Source of the DNA: Auanema rhodensis
Lineage: Eukaryota > Animalia > Nematoda
Direction of reading: 5' to 3'
Assembly (NCBI GenBank): GCA_964057225.1
Contig: OZ059899.1
Location: 10,540,001 to 10,604,000 of the forward strand
DNA length: 64,000 nucleotides
Positions within the stretch are counted from its first letter, which is position 1; each line of letters begins with the position of its first letter. Positions 37,027 to 50,407 of this stretch are shown here, one piece after another. The translations under genes and the position numbers were made by a program. The notes under the pieces were generated by a model. It was not told the DNA's origin, did not search any database, and saw only the letters and a list, made by a program, of their open reading frames with translations.

Positions 37027-40000
37027 TAAATTTTTTTCATTTGATTTGTCATTTACAAAAATCAAACTTATCTTCTTCAACGATTATTTTTGCAATGTGT
37101 CATAAAAATTTCACAGTTGAACAAAACGTTTTTTAAGAATTTTTTTTGTTGTCAACATATATATTTTCCTGGAATTCGAAAGCATTTGGGATGGAAATTA
37201 GAAAGAAAAGAACTAGTTTTTCCTATTTTAAAACAAACAAAAAAAAATAAAATGAAAAAGATTGTTAGATATCCAATTTAAACTTATACATTTACTTCGA
37301 TAAAGAGCCTATTAGTTTGAAATTTTATGTCTTACAGTTCTCCAACAGAACAGACTGATCCTGATTTCTCTATGATTACATAAAACTCTCGTTTGATATA
37401 AAAAAAGAAGAGGAATAACGTTTCCAGGATGTCAATGATATCGAATCTAGTGATATTGTAAAAAAATGTAATGTCAGCTCCATAGGTTTTCTCTTAATTT
37501 CTCTCATCACAATTGTCTTAGTTTTTTTTCTCATAAGAGTTTCTGAAATCTTAGGTGAACAAGGCCGTATATATTTTTTTCTGGAATTCGAAAGCATTTG
37601 GGAAGGAAATTAGAAAGAAAAGAACTAGTTTTTCCTACTTTAAAACAAATAATAAGAAATAAAATAAAAAAGATTGTTAGATATCCAATTTAAACTTATA
37701 CATTTACTTCGATAAAGAGCCTATTAGTTTGAAATTTTATGTCTTACAGTTCTCCAACAGAACAGACTGATCCTGATTTCTCTATGATTATATAAAACTC
37801 TCGTTTGATATAAAAAAAGAAGAGGAATAACGTTTCCAGGATGTCAATGATATCGAATCTAGTGATATTGTAGAAAAATGTAATGTCAGCTCCATAGGTT
37901 TTCTCTTAATTTCTCTCATCACAATTGTCTTAGTTTTTTTTCTCATAAGAGTTTCTGAAATCTTAGGTGAACAAGGCCGTATATATTTTTTTCTGGAAAT
38001 CGAAAGCTTTTGGGATGGAAATTAGAAAGAAAAGAACTAGTTTTTCCTATTTTAAAACAAACAAAAAAAAAATAAAATGAAAAAGATTGTTAGATATCCA
38101 ATTTAAACTTATACATTTACTTCGATAAAGAGCCTATTAGTTTGAAATTTTATGTCTTACAGTTCTCCAACAGAACAGACTGATCCTGATTTCTCTATGA
38201 TTATATAAAACTCTCGTTTGATATAAAAAAAGAAGAGGAATAACGTTTCCAGGATGTCAATGATATCGAATCTAGTGATATTGTAGAAAAATGTAATGTC
38301 AGCTCCATAGGTTTTCTCTTAATTTCTCTCATCACAATTGTCTTAGTTTTTTTTCTCATAAGAGTTTCTGAAATCTTAGGTGAACAAGGCCGTATATATT
38401 TTTTTCTGGAATTCGAAAGCATTTGGGATGGAAATTAGAAAGAAAAGAACTAGTTTTTCCTATTCTAAAACAAACAAAAAAAAATAAAATGAAAAAGATT
38501 GTTAGATATCCAATTTAAACTTATACATTTACTTCGATAAAGAGCCCATTAGTTTGAAATTTTATGTCTTACAGTTCTCCAACAGAACAGACTGATCCTG
38601 ATTTCTCTATGATTACATAAAACTCTCGTTTGATATAAAAAAGAAGAGGAATAACGTTTCCAGGATGTCAATGATATCGAATCTAGTGATATTGTAGAAA
38701 AATGTAATGTCAGCTCCATAGGTTTTCTTTTAATTTCTCTCATCACAATTGTCTTAGTTTTTTTTCTCATAAGAGTTTCTGAAATCTTAGGTGAACAAGG
38801 CCGTATATATTTTTTTCTGGAATTCGAAAGCATTTGGGATGGAAATTAGAAAGAAAAGAACTAGTTTTTCCTATTTTAAAACAAACAAAAAAAAATAAAA
38901 TGAAAAAGATTGTTAGATATCCAATTTAAACTTATACATTTACTTCGATAAAGAGCCTATTAGTTTGAAATTTTATGTCTTACAGTTCTCCTACAGAACA
39001 GACTGATCCTGATTTCTCTATGATTACATCAAACTCTCGTTCGATATAAAAAAAAGAAGAGGAATAACGTTTCCAGGATGTCATTGATATCGAATCTAGT
39101 GATATTGTAAAAAAATGTAATGTCAGCTCCATAGGTTTTCTCTTAATTTCTCTCATCACAATTGTCTTAGTTTTTTTTCTCATAAGAGTTTCTGAAATCT
39201 TAGGTGAACAAGGCCGTATATATTTTTTTCTGGAATTCGAAAGCATTTGGGATGGAAATTAGAAAGAAAAGAACTAGTTTTTCCTATTCTAAAACAAACA
39301 AAAAAAATAAAATGAAAAAGATTGTTAGATATCCAATTTAAACTTATACATTTACTTCGATAAAGAGCCCATTAGTTTGAAATTTTATGTCTTACAGTTC
39401 TCCAACAGAACAGACTGATCCTGATTTCTCTATGATTACATAAAACTCTCGTTTGATATAAAAAAGAAGAGGAATAACGTTTCCAGGATGTCAATGATAT
39501 CGAATCTAGTGATATTGTAGAAAAATGTAATGTCAGCTCCATAGGTTTTCTCTTAATTTCTCTCATCACAATTGTCTTAGTTTTTTTTCTCATAAGAGTT
39601 TCTGAAATCTTAGGTGAACAAGGCCGTATATATTTTTTTCTGGAATTCGAAAGCATTTGGGATGGAAATTACAAAGAAAAGAACTAGTTTTTCCTATTTT
39701 AAAACAAACAAAAAAAAAATAAAATGAAAAAGATTGTTAGATATCCAATTTAAACTTATACATTTACTTCGATAAAGAGCCTATTAGTTTGAAATTTTAT
39801 GTCTTACAGTTCTCCAACAGAACAGACTCATCCTGATTTCTCTATGATTATATAAAACTCTCGTTTGATATAAAAAAAGAAGAGGAATAACGTTTCCAGG
39901 ATGTCAATGATATCGAATCTAGTGATATTGTAGAAAAATGTAATGTCAGCTCCATAGGTTTTCTCTTAATTTCTCTCATCACAATTGTCTTAGTTTTTTT

Positions 40001-40999
40001 TCTCATAAGAGTTTCTGAAATCTTAGGTGAACAAGGCCGTATATATTTTTTTCTGGAATTCGAAAGCATTTGGGATGGAAATTAGAAAGAAAAGAACTAG
40101 TTTTTCCTATTTTAAAACAAACAAAAAAAAATAAAATGAAAAAGATTGTTAGATATCCAATTTAAACTTATACATTTACTTCGATAAAGAGCCCATTAGT
40201 TTGAAATTTTATGTCTTACAGTTCTCCAACAGAACAGACTGATCCTGATTTCTCTATGATTACATAAAACTCTCGTTTGATATAAAAAAAGAAGAGGAAT
40301 AACGTTTCCAGGATGTCATTGATATCGAATCTAGTGATATTGTAAAAAAATGTAATGTCAGCTCCATAGGTTTTCTCTTAATTTCTCTCATCACAATTGT
40401 CTTAGTTTTTTTTCTCATAAGAGTTTCTGAAATCTTAGGTGAACAAGGCCGTATATATTTTTTTCTGGAATTCGAAAGCATTTGGGATGGAAATTAGAAA
40501 GAAAAGAACTAGTTTTTCCTACTTTAAAACAAACAATAAGAAATAAAATAAAAAAGATTGTTAGATATCCAATTTAAACTCATACATTTACTTTGATAAA
40601 GAGCCTATTAGTTTAAAATTTTATGTCTTACAGTTCTCCAACAGAACAGACTGATCCTGATTTCTCTATGATTACATAAAACTCTCGTTTGATATAAAAA
40701 AAGAAGAGGAATAACGTTTCCAGGATGTCATTGATATCGAATCTAGTGATATTGTAAAAAAATGTAATGTCAGCTCCATAGGTTTTCTCTTAATTTCTCT
40801 CATCACAATTGTCTTAGTTTTTTTTCTCATAAGAGTTTCTGAAATCTTAGGTGAACAAGGCCGTATATATTTTTTTCTGGAATTCGAAAGCATTTGGGAT
40901 GGAAATTAGAAAGAAAAGAACTAGTTTTTCCTATTTTAAAACAAACAAAAAAAAAATAAAATGAAAAAGATTGTTAGATATCCAATTTAAACTTATACA

Positions 41000-43900
41000 T
41001 TTACTTCGATAAAGAGCCTATTAGTTTGAAATTTTATGTCTTACAGTTCTCCAACAGAACAGACTGATCCTGATTTCTCTATGATTATATAAAACTCTCG
41101 TTTGGTATAAAAAAAGAAGAGGAATAACGTTTCCAGGATGTCAATGATATCGAATCTAGTGATATTGTAGAAAAATGTAATGTCAGCTCCATAGGTTTTC
41201 TCTTAATTTCTCTCATCACAATTGTCTTAGTTTTTTTTCTCATAAGAGTTTCTGAAATCTTAGGTGAACAAGGCCGTATATATTTTTTTCTGGAATTCGA
41301 AAGCATTTGGGATGGAAATTAGAAAGAAAAGAACTAGTTTTTCCTATTTTAAAACAAACAAAAAAAAATAAAATGAAAAAGATTGTTAGATATCCAATTT
41401 AAACTTATACATTTACTTCGATAAAGAGCCTATTAGTTTGAAATTTTATGTCTTACAGTTCTCCAACAGAACAGACTGATCCTGATTTCTCTATGATTAT
41501 ATAAAACTCTCGTTTGATATAAAAAAGAAGAGGAATAACGTTTCCAGGATGTCAATGATATCGAATCTAGTGATATTGTAGAAAAATGTAATGTCAGCTC
41601 CATAGGTTTTCTCTTAATTTCTCTCATCACAATTGTCTTAGTTTTTTTTTCTCATAAGAGTTTCTGAAATCTTAGGTGAACAAGGCCGTATATATTTTTT
41701 TCTGGAATTCGAAAGCATTTGGGATGGAAATTAGAAAGAAAATAACTAGTTTTTCCTATTTTAAAACAAACAAAAAAAAATAAAATGAAAAAGATTGTTA
41801 GATATCCAATTCAAACTTATACATTTACTTCGATAAAGAGCCCATTAGTTTGAAATTTTATGTCTTACAGTTCTCCAACAGAACAGACTGATCCTGATTT
41901 CTCTATAATTACATCAAACTCTCGTTTGATATAAAAAAAAGAAGAGGAATAACGTTTCCAGGATGTCATTGATATCGAATCTAGTGATATTGTAAAAAAA
42001 TGTAATGTCAGCTCCATAGGTTTTCTCTTAATTTCTCTCATCACAATTGTCTTAGTTTTTTTTCTCATAAGAGTTTCTGAAATCTTAGGTGAACAAGGCC
42101 GTATATATTTTTTTCTGGAATTCGAAAGCATTTGGGATGGAAATTAGAAAGAAAAGAACTAGTTTTTCCTATTTTAAAACAAACAAAAAAAAATAAAATG
42201 AAAAAGATTGTTAGATATCCAATTTAAACTTATACATTTACTTCGATAAAGAGCCTATTAGTTTGAAATTTTATGTCTTACAGTTCTCCAACAGAACAGA
42301 CTGATCCTGATTTCTCTATGATTACATAAAACTCTCGTTTGATATAAAAAAAGAAGAGGAATAACGTTTCCAGGATGTCAATGATATCGAATCTAGTGAT
42401 ATTGTAGAAAAATGTAATGTCAGCTCCATAGGTTTTCTCTTAATTTCTCTCATCACAATTGTCTTAGTTTTTTTTCTCATAAGAGTTTCTGAAATCTTAG
42501 GTGAACAAGGCCGTATATATTTTTTTCTGGAATTCGAAAGCATTTGGGATGGAAATTAGAAAGAAAAGAACTAGTTTTTCCTATTTTAAAACAAACAAAA
42601 AAAAATAAAATGAAAAAGATTGTTAGATATCCAATTTAAACTTATACATTTACTTCGATAAAGAGCCTATTAGTTTGAAATTTTATGTCTTACAGTTCTC
42701 CAACAGAACAGACTGATCCTGATTTCTCTATGATTATATAAAACTCTCGTTTGATATAAAAAAAGAAGAGGAATAACGTTTCCAGGATGTCAATGATATC
42801 GAATCTAGTGATATTGTAGAAAAATGTAATGTCAGCTCCATAGGTTTTCTCTTAATTTCTCTCATCACAATTGTCTTAGTTTTTTTTCTCATAAGAGTTT
42901 CTGAAATCTTAGGTGAACAAGGCCGTATATATTTTTTTCTGGAATTCGAAAGCATTTGGGATGGAAATTAGAAAGAAAAGAACTAGTTTTTCCTATTTTA
43001 AAACAAACAAAAAAAAATAAAATGAAAAAGATTGTTAGATATCCAATTCAAACTTATACATTTACTTCGATAAAGAGCCCATTAGTTTGAAATTTTATGT
43101 CTTACAGTTCTCCAACAGAACAGACTGATCCTGATTTCTCTATGATTACATCAAAATCTCGTTTGATATAAAAAAAAGAAGAGGAATAACGTTTCCAGGA
43201 TGTCATTGATATCGAATCTAGTGATATTGTAAAAAAATGTAATGTCAGCTCCATAGGTTTTCTCTTAATTTCTCTCATCACAATTGTCTTAGTTTTTTTT
43301 CTCATAAGAGTTTCTGAAATCTTAGGTGAACAAGGCCGTATATATTTTTTTCTGGAATTCGAAAGCATTTGGGATGGAAATTAGAAAGAAAAGAACTAGT
43401 TTTTCCTATTTTAAAACAAACAAAAAAAAATAAAATGAAAAAGATTGTTAGATATCCAATTTAAACTTATACATTTACTTCGATAAAGAGCCTATTAGTT
43501 TGAAATTTTATGTCTTACAGTTCTCCAACAGAACAGACTGATCCTGATTTCTCTATGATTATATAAAACTCTCGTTTGGTATAAAAAAAGAAGAGGAATA
43601 ACGTTTCCAGGATGTCAATGATATCGAATCTAGTGATATTGTAGAAAAATGTAATGTCAGCTCCATAGGTTTTCTCTTAATTTCTCTCATCACAATTGTC
43701 TTAGTTTTTTTTCTCATAAGAGTTTCTGAAATCTTAGGTGAACAAGGCCGTATATATTTTTTTCTGGAATTCGAAAGCATTTGGGATGGAAATTAGAAAG
43801 AAAAGAACTAGTTTTTCCTATTTTAAAACAAACAAAAAAAAATAAAATGAAAAAGATTGTTAGATATCCAATTTAAACTTATACATTTACTTCGATAAAG

Positions 43901-46900
43901 AGCCTATTAGTTTGAAATTTTATGTCTTACAGTTCTCCAACAGAACAGACTGATCCTGATTTCTCTATGATTATATAAAACTCTCGTTTGATATAAAAAA
44001 GAAGAGGAATAACGTTTGCAGGATGTCAATGATATCGAATCTAGTGATATTGTAGAAAAATGTAATGTCAGCTCCATAGGTTTTCTCTTAATTTCTCTCA
44101 TCACAATTGTCTTAGTTTTTTTTCTCATAAGAGTTTCTGAAATCTTAGGTGAACAAGGCCGTATATATTTTTTTCTGGAATTCGAAAGCATTTGGGATGG
44201 AAATTAGAAAGAAAAGAACTAGTTTTTCCTATTTTAAAACAAACAAAAAAAAATAAAATGAAAAAGATTGTTAGATATCCAATTCAAACTTATACATTTA
44301 CTTCGATAAAGAGCCCATTAGTTTGAAATTTTATGTCTTACAGTTCTCCAACAGAACAGACTGATCCTGATTTCTCTATGATTACATCAAACTCTCGTTT
44401 GATATAAAAAAAAGAAGAGGAATAACGTTTCCAGGATGTCATTGATATCGAATCTAGTGATATTGTAAAAAAATGTAATGTCAGCTCCATAGGTTTTCTC
44501 TTAATTTCTCTCATCACAATTGTCTTAGTTTTTTTTCTCATAAGAGTTTCTGAAATCTTAGGTGAACAAGGCCGTATATATTTTTTTCTGGAATTCGAAA
44601 GCATTTGGGATGGAAATTAGAAAGAAAAGAACTAGTTTTTCCTATTTTAAAACAAACAAAAAAAAATAAAATGAAAAAGATTGTTAGATATCCAATTCAA
44701 ACTTATACATTTACTTCGATAAAGAGCCTATTAGTTTGAAATTTTATGTCTTACAGTTCTCCAACAGAACAGACTGATCCTGATTTCTCTATGATTACAT
44801 AAAACTCTCGTTTGATATAAAAAAAGAAGAGGAATAACGTTTCCAGGATGTCAATGATATCGAATCTAGTGATATTGTAGAAAAATGTAATGTCAGCTCC
44901 ATAGGTTTTCTCTTAATTTCTCTCATCACAATTGTCTTAGTTTTTTTTCTCATAAGAGTTTCTGAAATCTTAGGTGAACAAGGCCGTATATATTTTTTTC
45001 TGGAATTCGAAAGCATTTGGGATGGAAATTAGAAAGAAAAGAACTAGTTTTTCCTATTTTAAAACAAACAAAAAAAAATAAAATGAAAAAGATTGTTAGA
45101 TATCCAATTTAAACTTATACATTTATTTCGATAAAGAGCCTATTAGTTTGAAATTTTATGTCTTACAGTTCTCCAACAGAACAGACTGATCCTGATTTCT
45201 CTATGATTATATAAAACTCTCGTTTGATATAAAAAAAGAAGAGGAATAACGTTTCCAGGATGTCAATGATATCGAATCTAGTGATATTGTAGAAAAATGT
45301 AATGTCAGCTCCATAGGTTTTCTCTTAATTTCTCTCATCACAATTGTCTTAGTTTTTTTTCTCATAAGAGTTTCTGAAATCTTAGGTGAACAAGGCCGTA
45401 TATATTTTTTTCTGGAATTCGAAAGCATTTGGGATGGAAATTAGAAAGAAAAGAACTAGTTTTTCCTATTTTAAAACAAACAAAAAAAAATAAAATGAAA
45501 AAGATTGTTAGATATCCAATTCAAACTTATACATTTACTTCGATAAAGAGCCCATTAGTTTGAAATTTTATGTCTTACAGTTCTCCAACAGAACAGACTG
45601 ATCCTGATTTCTCTATGATTACATCAAACTCTCGTTTGATATAAAAAAAAGAAGAGGAATAACGTTTCCAGGATGTCATTGATATCGAATCTAGTGATAT
45701 TGTAAAAAAATGTAATGTCAGCTCCATAGGTTTTCTCTTAATTTCTCTCATCACAATTGTCTTAGTTTTTTTTCTCATAAGAGTTTCTGAAATCTTAGGT
45801 GAACAAGGCCGTATATATTTTTTTCTGGAATTCGAAAGCATTTGGGATGGAAATTAGAAAGAAAAGAACTAGTTTTTCCTATTTTAAAACAAACAAAAAA
45901 AAATAAAATGAAAAAGATTGTTAGATATCCAATTTAAACTTATACATTTACTTCGATAAAGAGCCTATTAGTTTGAAATTTTATGTCTTACAGTTCTCCA
46001 ACAGAACAGACTGATCCTGATTTCTCTATGATTACATAAAACTCTCGTTTGATATAAAAAAAGAAGAGGAATAACGTTTCCAGGAAGTCAATGATATCGA
46101 ATCTAGTGATATTGTAGAAAAATGTAATGTCAGCTCCATAGGTTTTCTCTTAATTTCTCTCATCACAATTGTCTTAGTTTTTTTTCTCATAAGAGTTTCT
46201 GAAATCTTAGGTGAACAAGGCCGTATATATTTTTTTCTGGAATTCGAAAGCATTTGGGATGGAAATTAGAAAGAAAAGAACTAGTTTTTCCTATTTTAAA
46301 ACAAACAAAAAAAAATAAAATGAAAAAGATTGTTAGATATCCAATTCAAACTTATACATTTACTTCGATAAAGAGCCCATTAGTTTGAAATTTTATGTCT
46401 TACAGTTCTCCAACAGAACAGACTGATCCTGATTTCTCTATGATTACATCAAACTCTCGTTTGATATAAAAAAAAGAAGAGGAATAACGTTTCCAGGATG
46501 TCATTGATATCGAATCTAGTGATATTGTAAAAAAATGTAATGTCAGCTCCATAGGTTTTCTCTTAATTTCTCTCATCACAATTGTCTTAGTTTTTTTTCT
46601 CATAAGAGTTTCTGAAATCTTAGGTGAACAAGGCCGTATATATTTTTTTCTGGAATTCGAAAGCATTTGGGATGGAAATTAGAAAGAAAAGAACTAGTTT
46701 TTCCTATTTTAAAACAAACAAAAAAAAATAAAATGAAAAAGATTGTTAGATATCCAATTTAAACTTATACATTTACTTCGATAAAGAGCCTATTAGTTTG
46801 AAATTTTATGTCTTACAGTTCTCCAACAGAACAGACTGATCCTGATTTCTCTATGATTACATAAAACTCTCGTTTGATATAAAAAAAGAAGAGGAATAAC

Positions 46901-47900
46901 GTTTCCAGGATGTCAATGATATCGAATCTAGTGATATTGTAGAAAAATGTAATGTCAGCTCCATAGGTTTTCTCTTAATTTCTCTCATCACAATTGTCTT
47001 AGTTTTTTTTCTCATAAGAGTTTCTGAAATCTTAGGTGAACAAGGCCGTATATATTTTTTTCTGGAATTCGAAAGCATTTGGGATGGAAATTAGAAAGAA
47101 AAGAACTAGTTTTTCCTATTTTAAAACAAACAAAAAAAAATAAAATGAAAAAGATTGTTAGATATCCAATTCAAACTTATACATTTACTTCGATAAAGAG
47201 CCCATTAGTTTGAAATTTTATGTCTTACAGTTCTCCAACAGAACAGACTGATCCTGATTTCTCTATGATTACATCAAACTCTCGTTTGATATAAAAAAAA
47301 GAAGAGGAATAACGTTTCCAGGATGTCATTGATATCGAATCTAGTGATATTGTAAAAAAATGTAATGTCAGCTCCATAGGTTTTCTCTTAATTTCTCTCA
47401 TCACAATTGTCTTAGTTTTTTTTCTCATAAGAGTTTCTGAAATCTTAGGTGAACAAGGCCGTATATATTTTTTTCTGGAATTCGAAAGCATTTGGGATGG
47501 AAATTAGAAAGAAAAGAACTAGTTTTTCCTATTTTAAAACAAACAAAAAAAAATAAAATGAAAAAGATTGTTAGATATCCAATTTAAACTTATACATTTA
47601 CTTCGATAAAGAGCCTATTAGTTTGAAATTTTATGTCTTACAGTTCTCCAACAGAACAGACTGATCCTGATTTCTCTATGATTACATAAAACTCTCGTTT
47701 GATATAAAAAAAGAAGAGGAATAACGTTTCCAGGATGTCAATGATATCGAATCTAGTGATATTGTAGAAAAATGTAATGTCAGCTCCATAGGTTTTCTCT
47801 TAATTTCTCTCATCACAATTGTCTTAGTTTTTTTTCTCATAAGAGTTTCTGAAATCTTAGGTGAACAAGGCCGTATATATTTTTTTCTGGAATTCGAAAG
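41000..47900 (+). repeat. tRNA-less block with ~1237/2474-bp periodicity grading into an 825-bp dimer; boundaries approximate
   Basis: A 413-bp variant (CATCAAACTC, A8) occurs at 41865, 43102, 44338, 45575, then 46400 and 47225. Marker TTTGGTATA occurs at ~41101 and ~43575. Confidence 0.8.
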
Positions 47901-50334
47901 CATTTGGGATGGAAATTGGAAAGAAAAGAACTAGTTTTTCCTACTTTAAAACAAACAATAAGAAATAAAATAAAAAAGATTGTTAGATATCCAATTTAAA
48001 CTCATACATTTACTTTGATAAAGAGCCTATTAGTTTAAAATTTTATGTCTTACAGTTCTCCAACAGAACAGACTGATCCTGATTTCTCTATGATTACATA
48101 AAACTCTCGTTTGATATAAAAAAAGAAGAGGAATAACGTTTCCAGGATGTCAATGATATCGAATCTAGTGATATTGTAAAAAAATGTAATGTCAGCTCCA
48201 TAGGTTTTCTCTTAATTTCTCTCATCACAATTGTCTTAGTTTTTTTTCTCATAAGAGTTTCTGAAATCTTAGGTGAACAAGGCCGTATATATTTTTTTCT
48301 GGAATTCGAAAGCATTTGGGATGGATATTAGAAGGAAAAGAACTAGTTTTTCCTACTTTAAAACAAACAATAAGAAATAAAATAAAAAAGATTGTTAGAT
48401 ATCCAATTTAAACTTATACATTTACTTTGATAAAGAGCCTATTAGTTTGAAATTTTATGTCTTACAGTTCTCCAACAGAACAGACTGATCCTGATTTCTC
48501 TATGATTACATAAAACTCTCGTTTGATATAAAAAAAGAAGAGGAATAACGTTTCCAGGATGTCAATGATATCGAATCTAGTGATATTGTAGAAAAATGTA
48601 ATGTCAGCTCCATAGGTTTTCTCTTAATTTCTCTCATCACAATTGTCTTAGTTTTTTTTCTCATTAGAGTTTCTGAAATCTTAGGTGAACAAGGCCGTAT
48701 ATATTTTTTTCTGGAATTCGAAAGCATTTGGGATGGACATTAGAAGGAAAAGAACTAGTTTTTCCTACTTTAAAACAAACAATAAGAAATAAAATAAAAA
48801 AGATTGTTAGATATCCAATTTAAACTTATACATTTACTTCGATAAAGAGCCTATTAGTTTGAAATTTTATGTCTTACAGTTCTCCAACAGAACAGACTGA
48901 TCCTGATTTCTCTATGATTACACAAAACTCTCGTTTGATATACAAAAAGGAGAGGAATAACGTTTCCAGGATATCAATGATATCGAATCTAGTGATATTG
49001 TAGAAAAATATAATGTCAGCTCCATAGTTTTTCTCTTAATTTGTCTCATCACAATAGTCTTATTTTTTTTTCATAAGAGTTTCTGAAATCTTAGTTGAAC
49101 AAGGCCGTATATATTTTTTTCTGGAATTCGAAAGCATTTGGGATGGATATTAGAAGGAAAAGAACTAGTTTTCCCTACTTTAAAACAAACAATAAGAAAT
49201 AAAATAAAAAAGATTGTTAGATATCCAATTTAAACTTATACATTTACTTCGATAAAGAGCCTATTAGTTTGAAATTTTATGTCTTACAGTTCTCCAACAG
49301 AACAGACTGATCCTGATTTCTCAATGATTACATAAAACTCTCGTTTGATATACAAAAAGGAGAGGAATAACGTTTCCAGGATATCAATGATATCGAATCT
49401 AGTGATATTGTAGAAAAATGTAATGTCAGCTCCATAGTTTTTCTCTAAATTTCTCTCATCACAATAGTCTTATTTTTTTTTCATAAGAGTTTCTGAAATC
49501 TTAGGTGAACAAGGCCGTATATATTTTTTTCTGAAATTCGAAAGCATTTGGGATGGAAATTGGAAAGAAAAGAACTAGTTTTTCCTACTTTAAAACAAAC
49601 AATAAGAAATAAAATAAAAAAGATTGTTAGATATCCAATTTAAACTCATACATTTACTTTGATAAAGAGCCTATTAGTTTAAAATTTTATGTCTTACAGT
49701 TCTCCAACAGAACAGACTGATCCTTATTTCTCTATGATTACATAAAACTCTCGTTTGATATAAAAAAAGAAGAGGAATAACGTTTCCAGGATGTCAATGA
49801 TATCGAATCTAGTGATATTGTAAAAAAATGTAATGTCAGCTCCATAGGTTTTCTCTTAATTTCTCTCATCACAATTGTCTTAGTTTTTTTTCTCATAAGA
49901 GTTTCTGAAATCTTAGGTGAACAAGGCCGTATATATTTTTTTCTGGAATTCGAAAGCATTTGGGATGGAAATTAGAAAGAAAAGAACTAGTTTTTCCTAT
50001 TTTAAAACAAACAAAAAAAAATAAAATGAAAAAGATTGTTAGATATTCAATTTAAACTTATACATTTACTTCGATAAAGAGCCTATTAGTTTGAAATTTT
50101 ATGTCTTACAGTTCTCCAACAGAACAGACTGATCCTGATTTCTCAATGATTACATAAAACTCTCGTTTGATATACAAAAAGGAGAGGAATAACGTTTCCA
50201 GGATATCAATGATATCGAATCTAGTGATATTGTAGAAAAATGTAATGTCAGCTCCATAGTTTTTCTCTAAATTTCTCTCATCACAATAGTCTTATTTTTT
50301 TTTCATAAGAGTTTCTGAAATCTTAGTTGAACAA

Positions 50335-50407
50335 GGCCGCGTGGCGCAATGGATAACGCGTCTGCCTACGGAGCAGAAGATTGTAGGTTCGAATCCTGCC
50401 GTGGTCG
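50335..50407 (+). tRNA. tRNA-Arg(ACG)
   Basis: Identical 73-nt sequence; 3' trailer of the second subfamily (TCATGAAAATTTCTTAATTGAAC). Confidence 0.97.

Larger units (their letters stand above)
25900..37600 (+). repeat. Higher-order repeat: ~3888-bp 9-mer (8 empty + 1 tRNA unit) x3, with an internal 1230-bp trimer duplication; boundaries approximate
   Basis: tRNAs at 29179/33067/36954 and variant units at 26060/29949/33837. Internal period of 1230 (26941/28171, 30830/32060). Confidence 0.92.

Noticed and set aside
44016-44207. 63-aa plus-strand ORF with a hydrophobic, TM-like stretch
   Set aside because: The TTG start is created by a single private substitution, and the hydrophobicity simply reflects T-rich codons.
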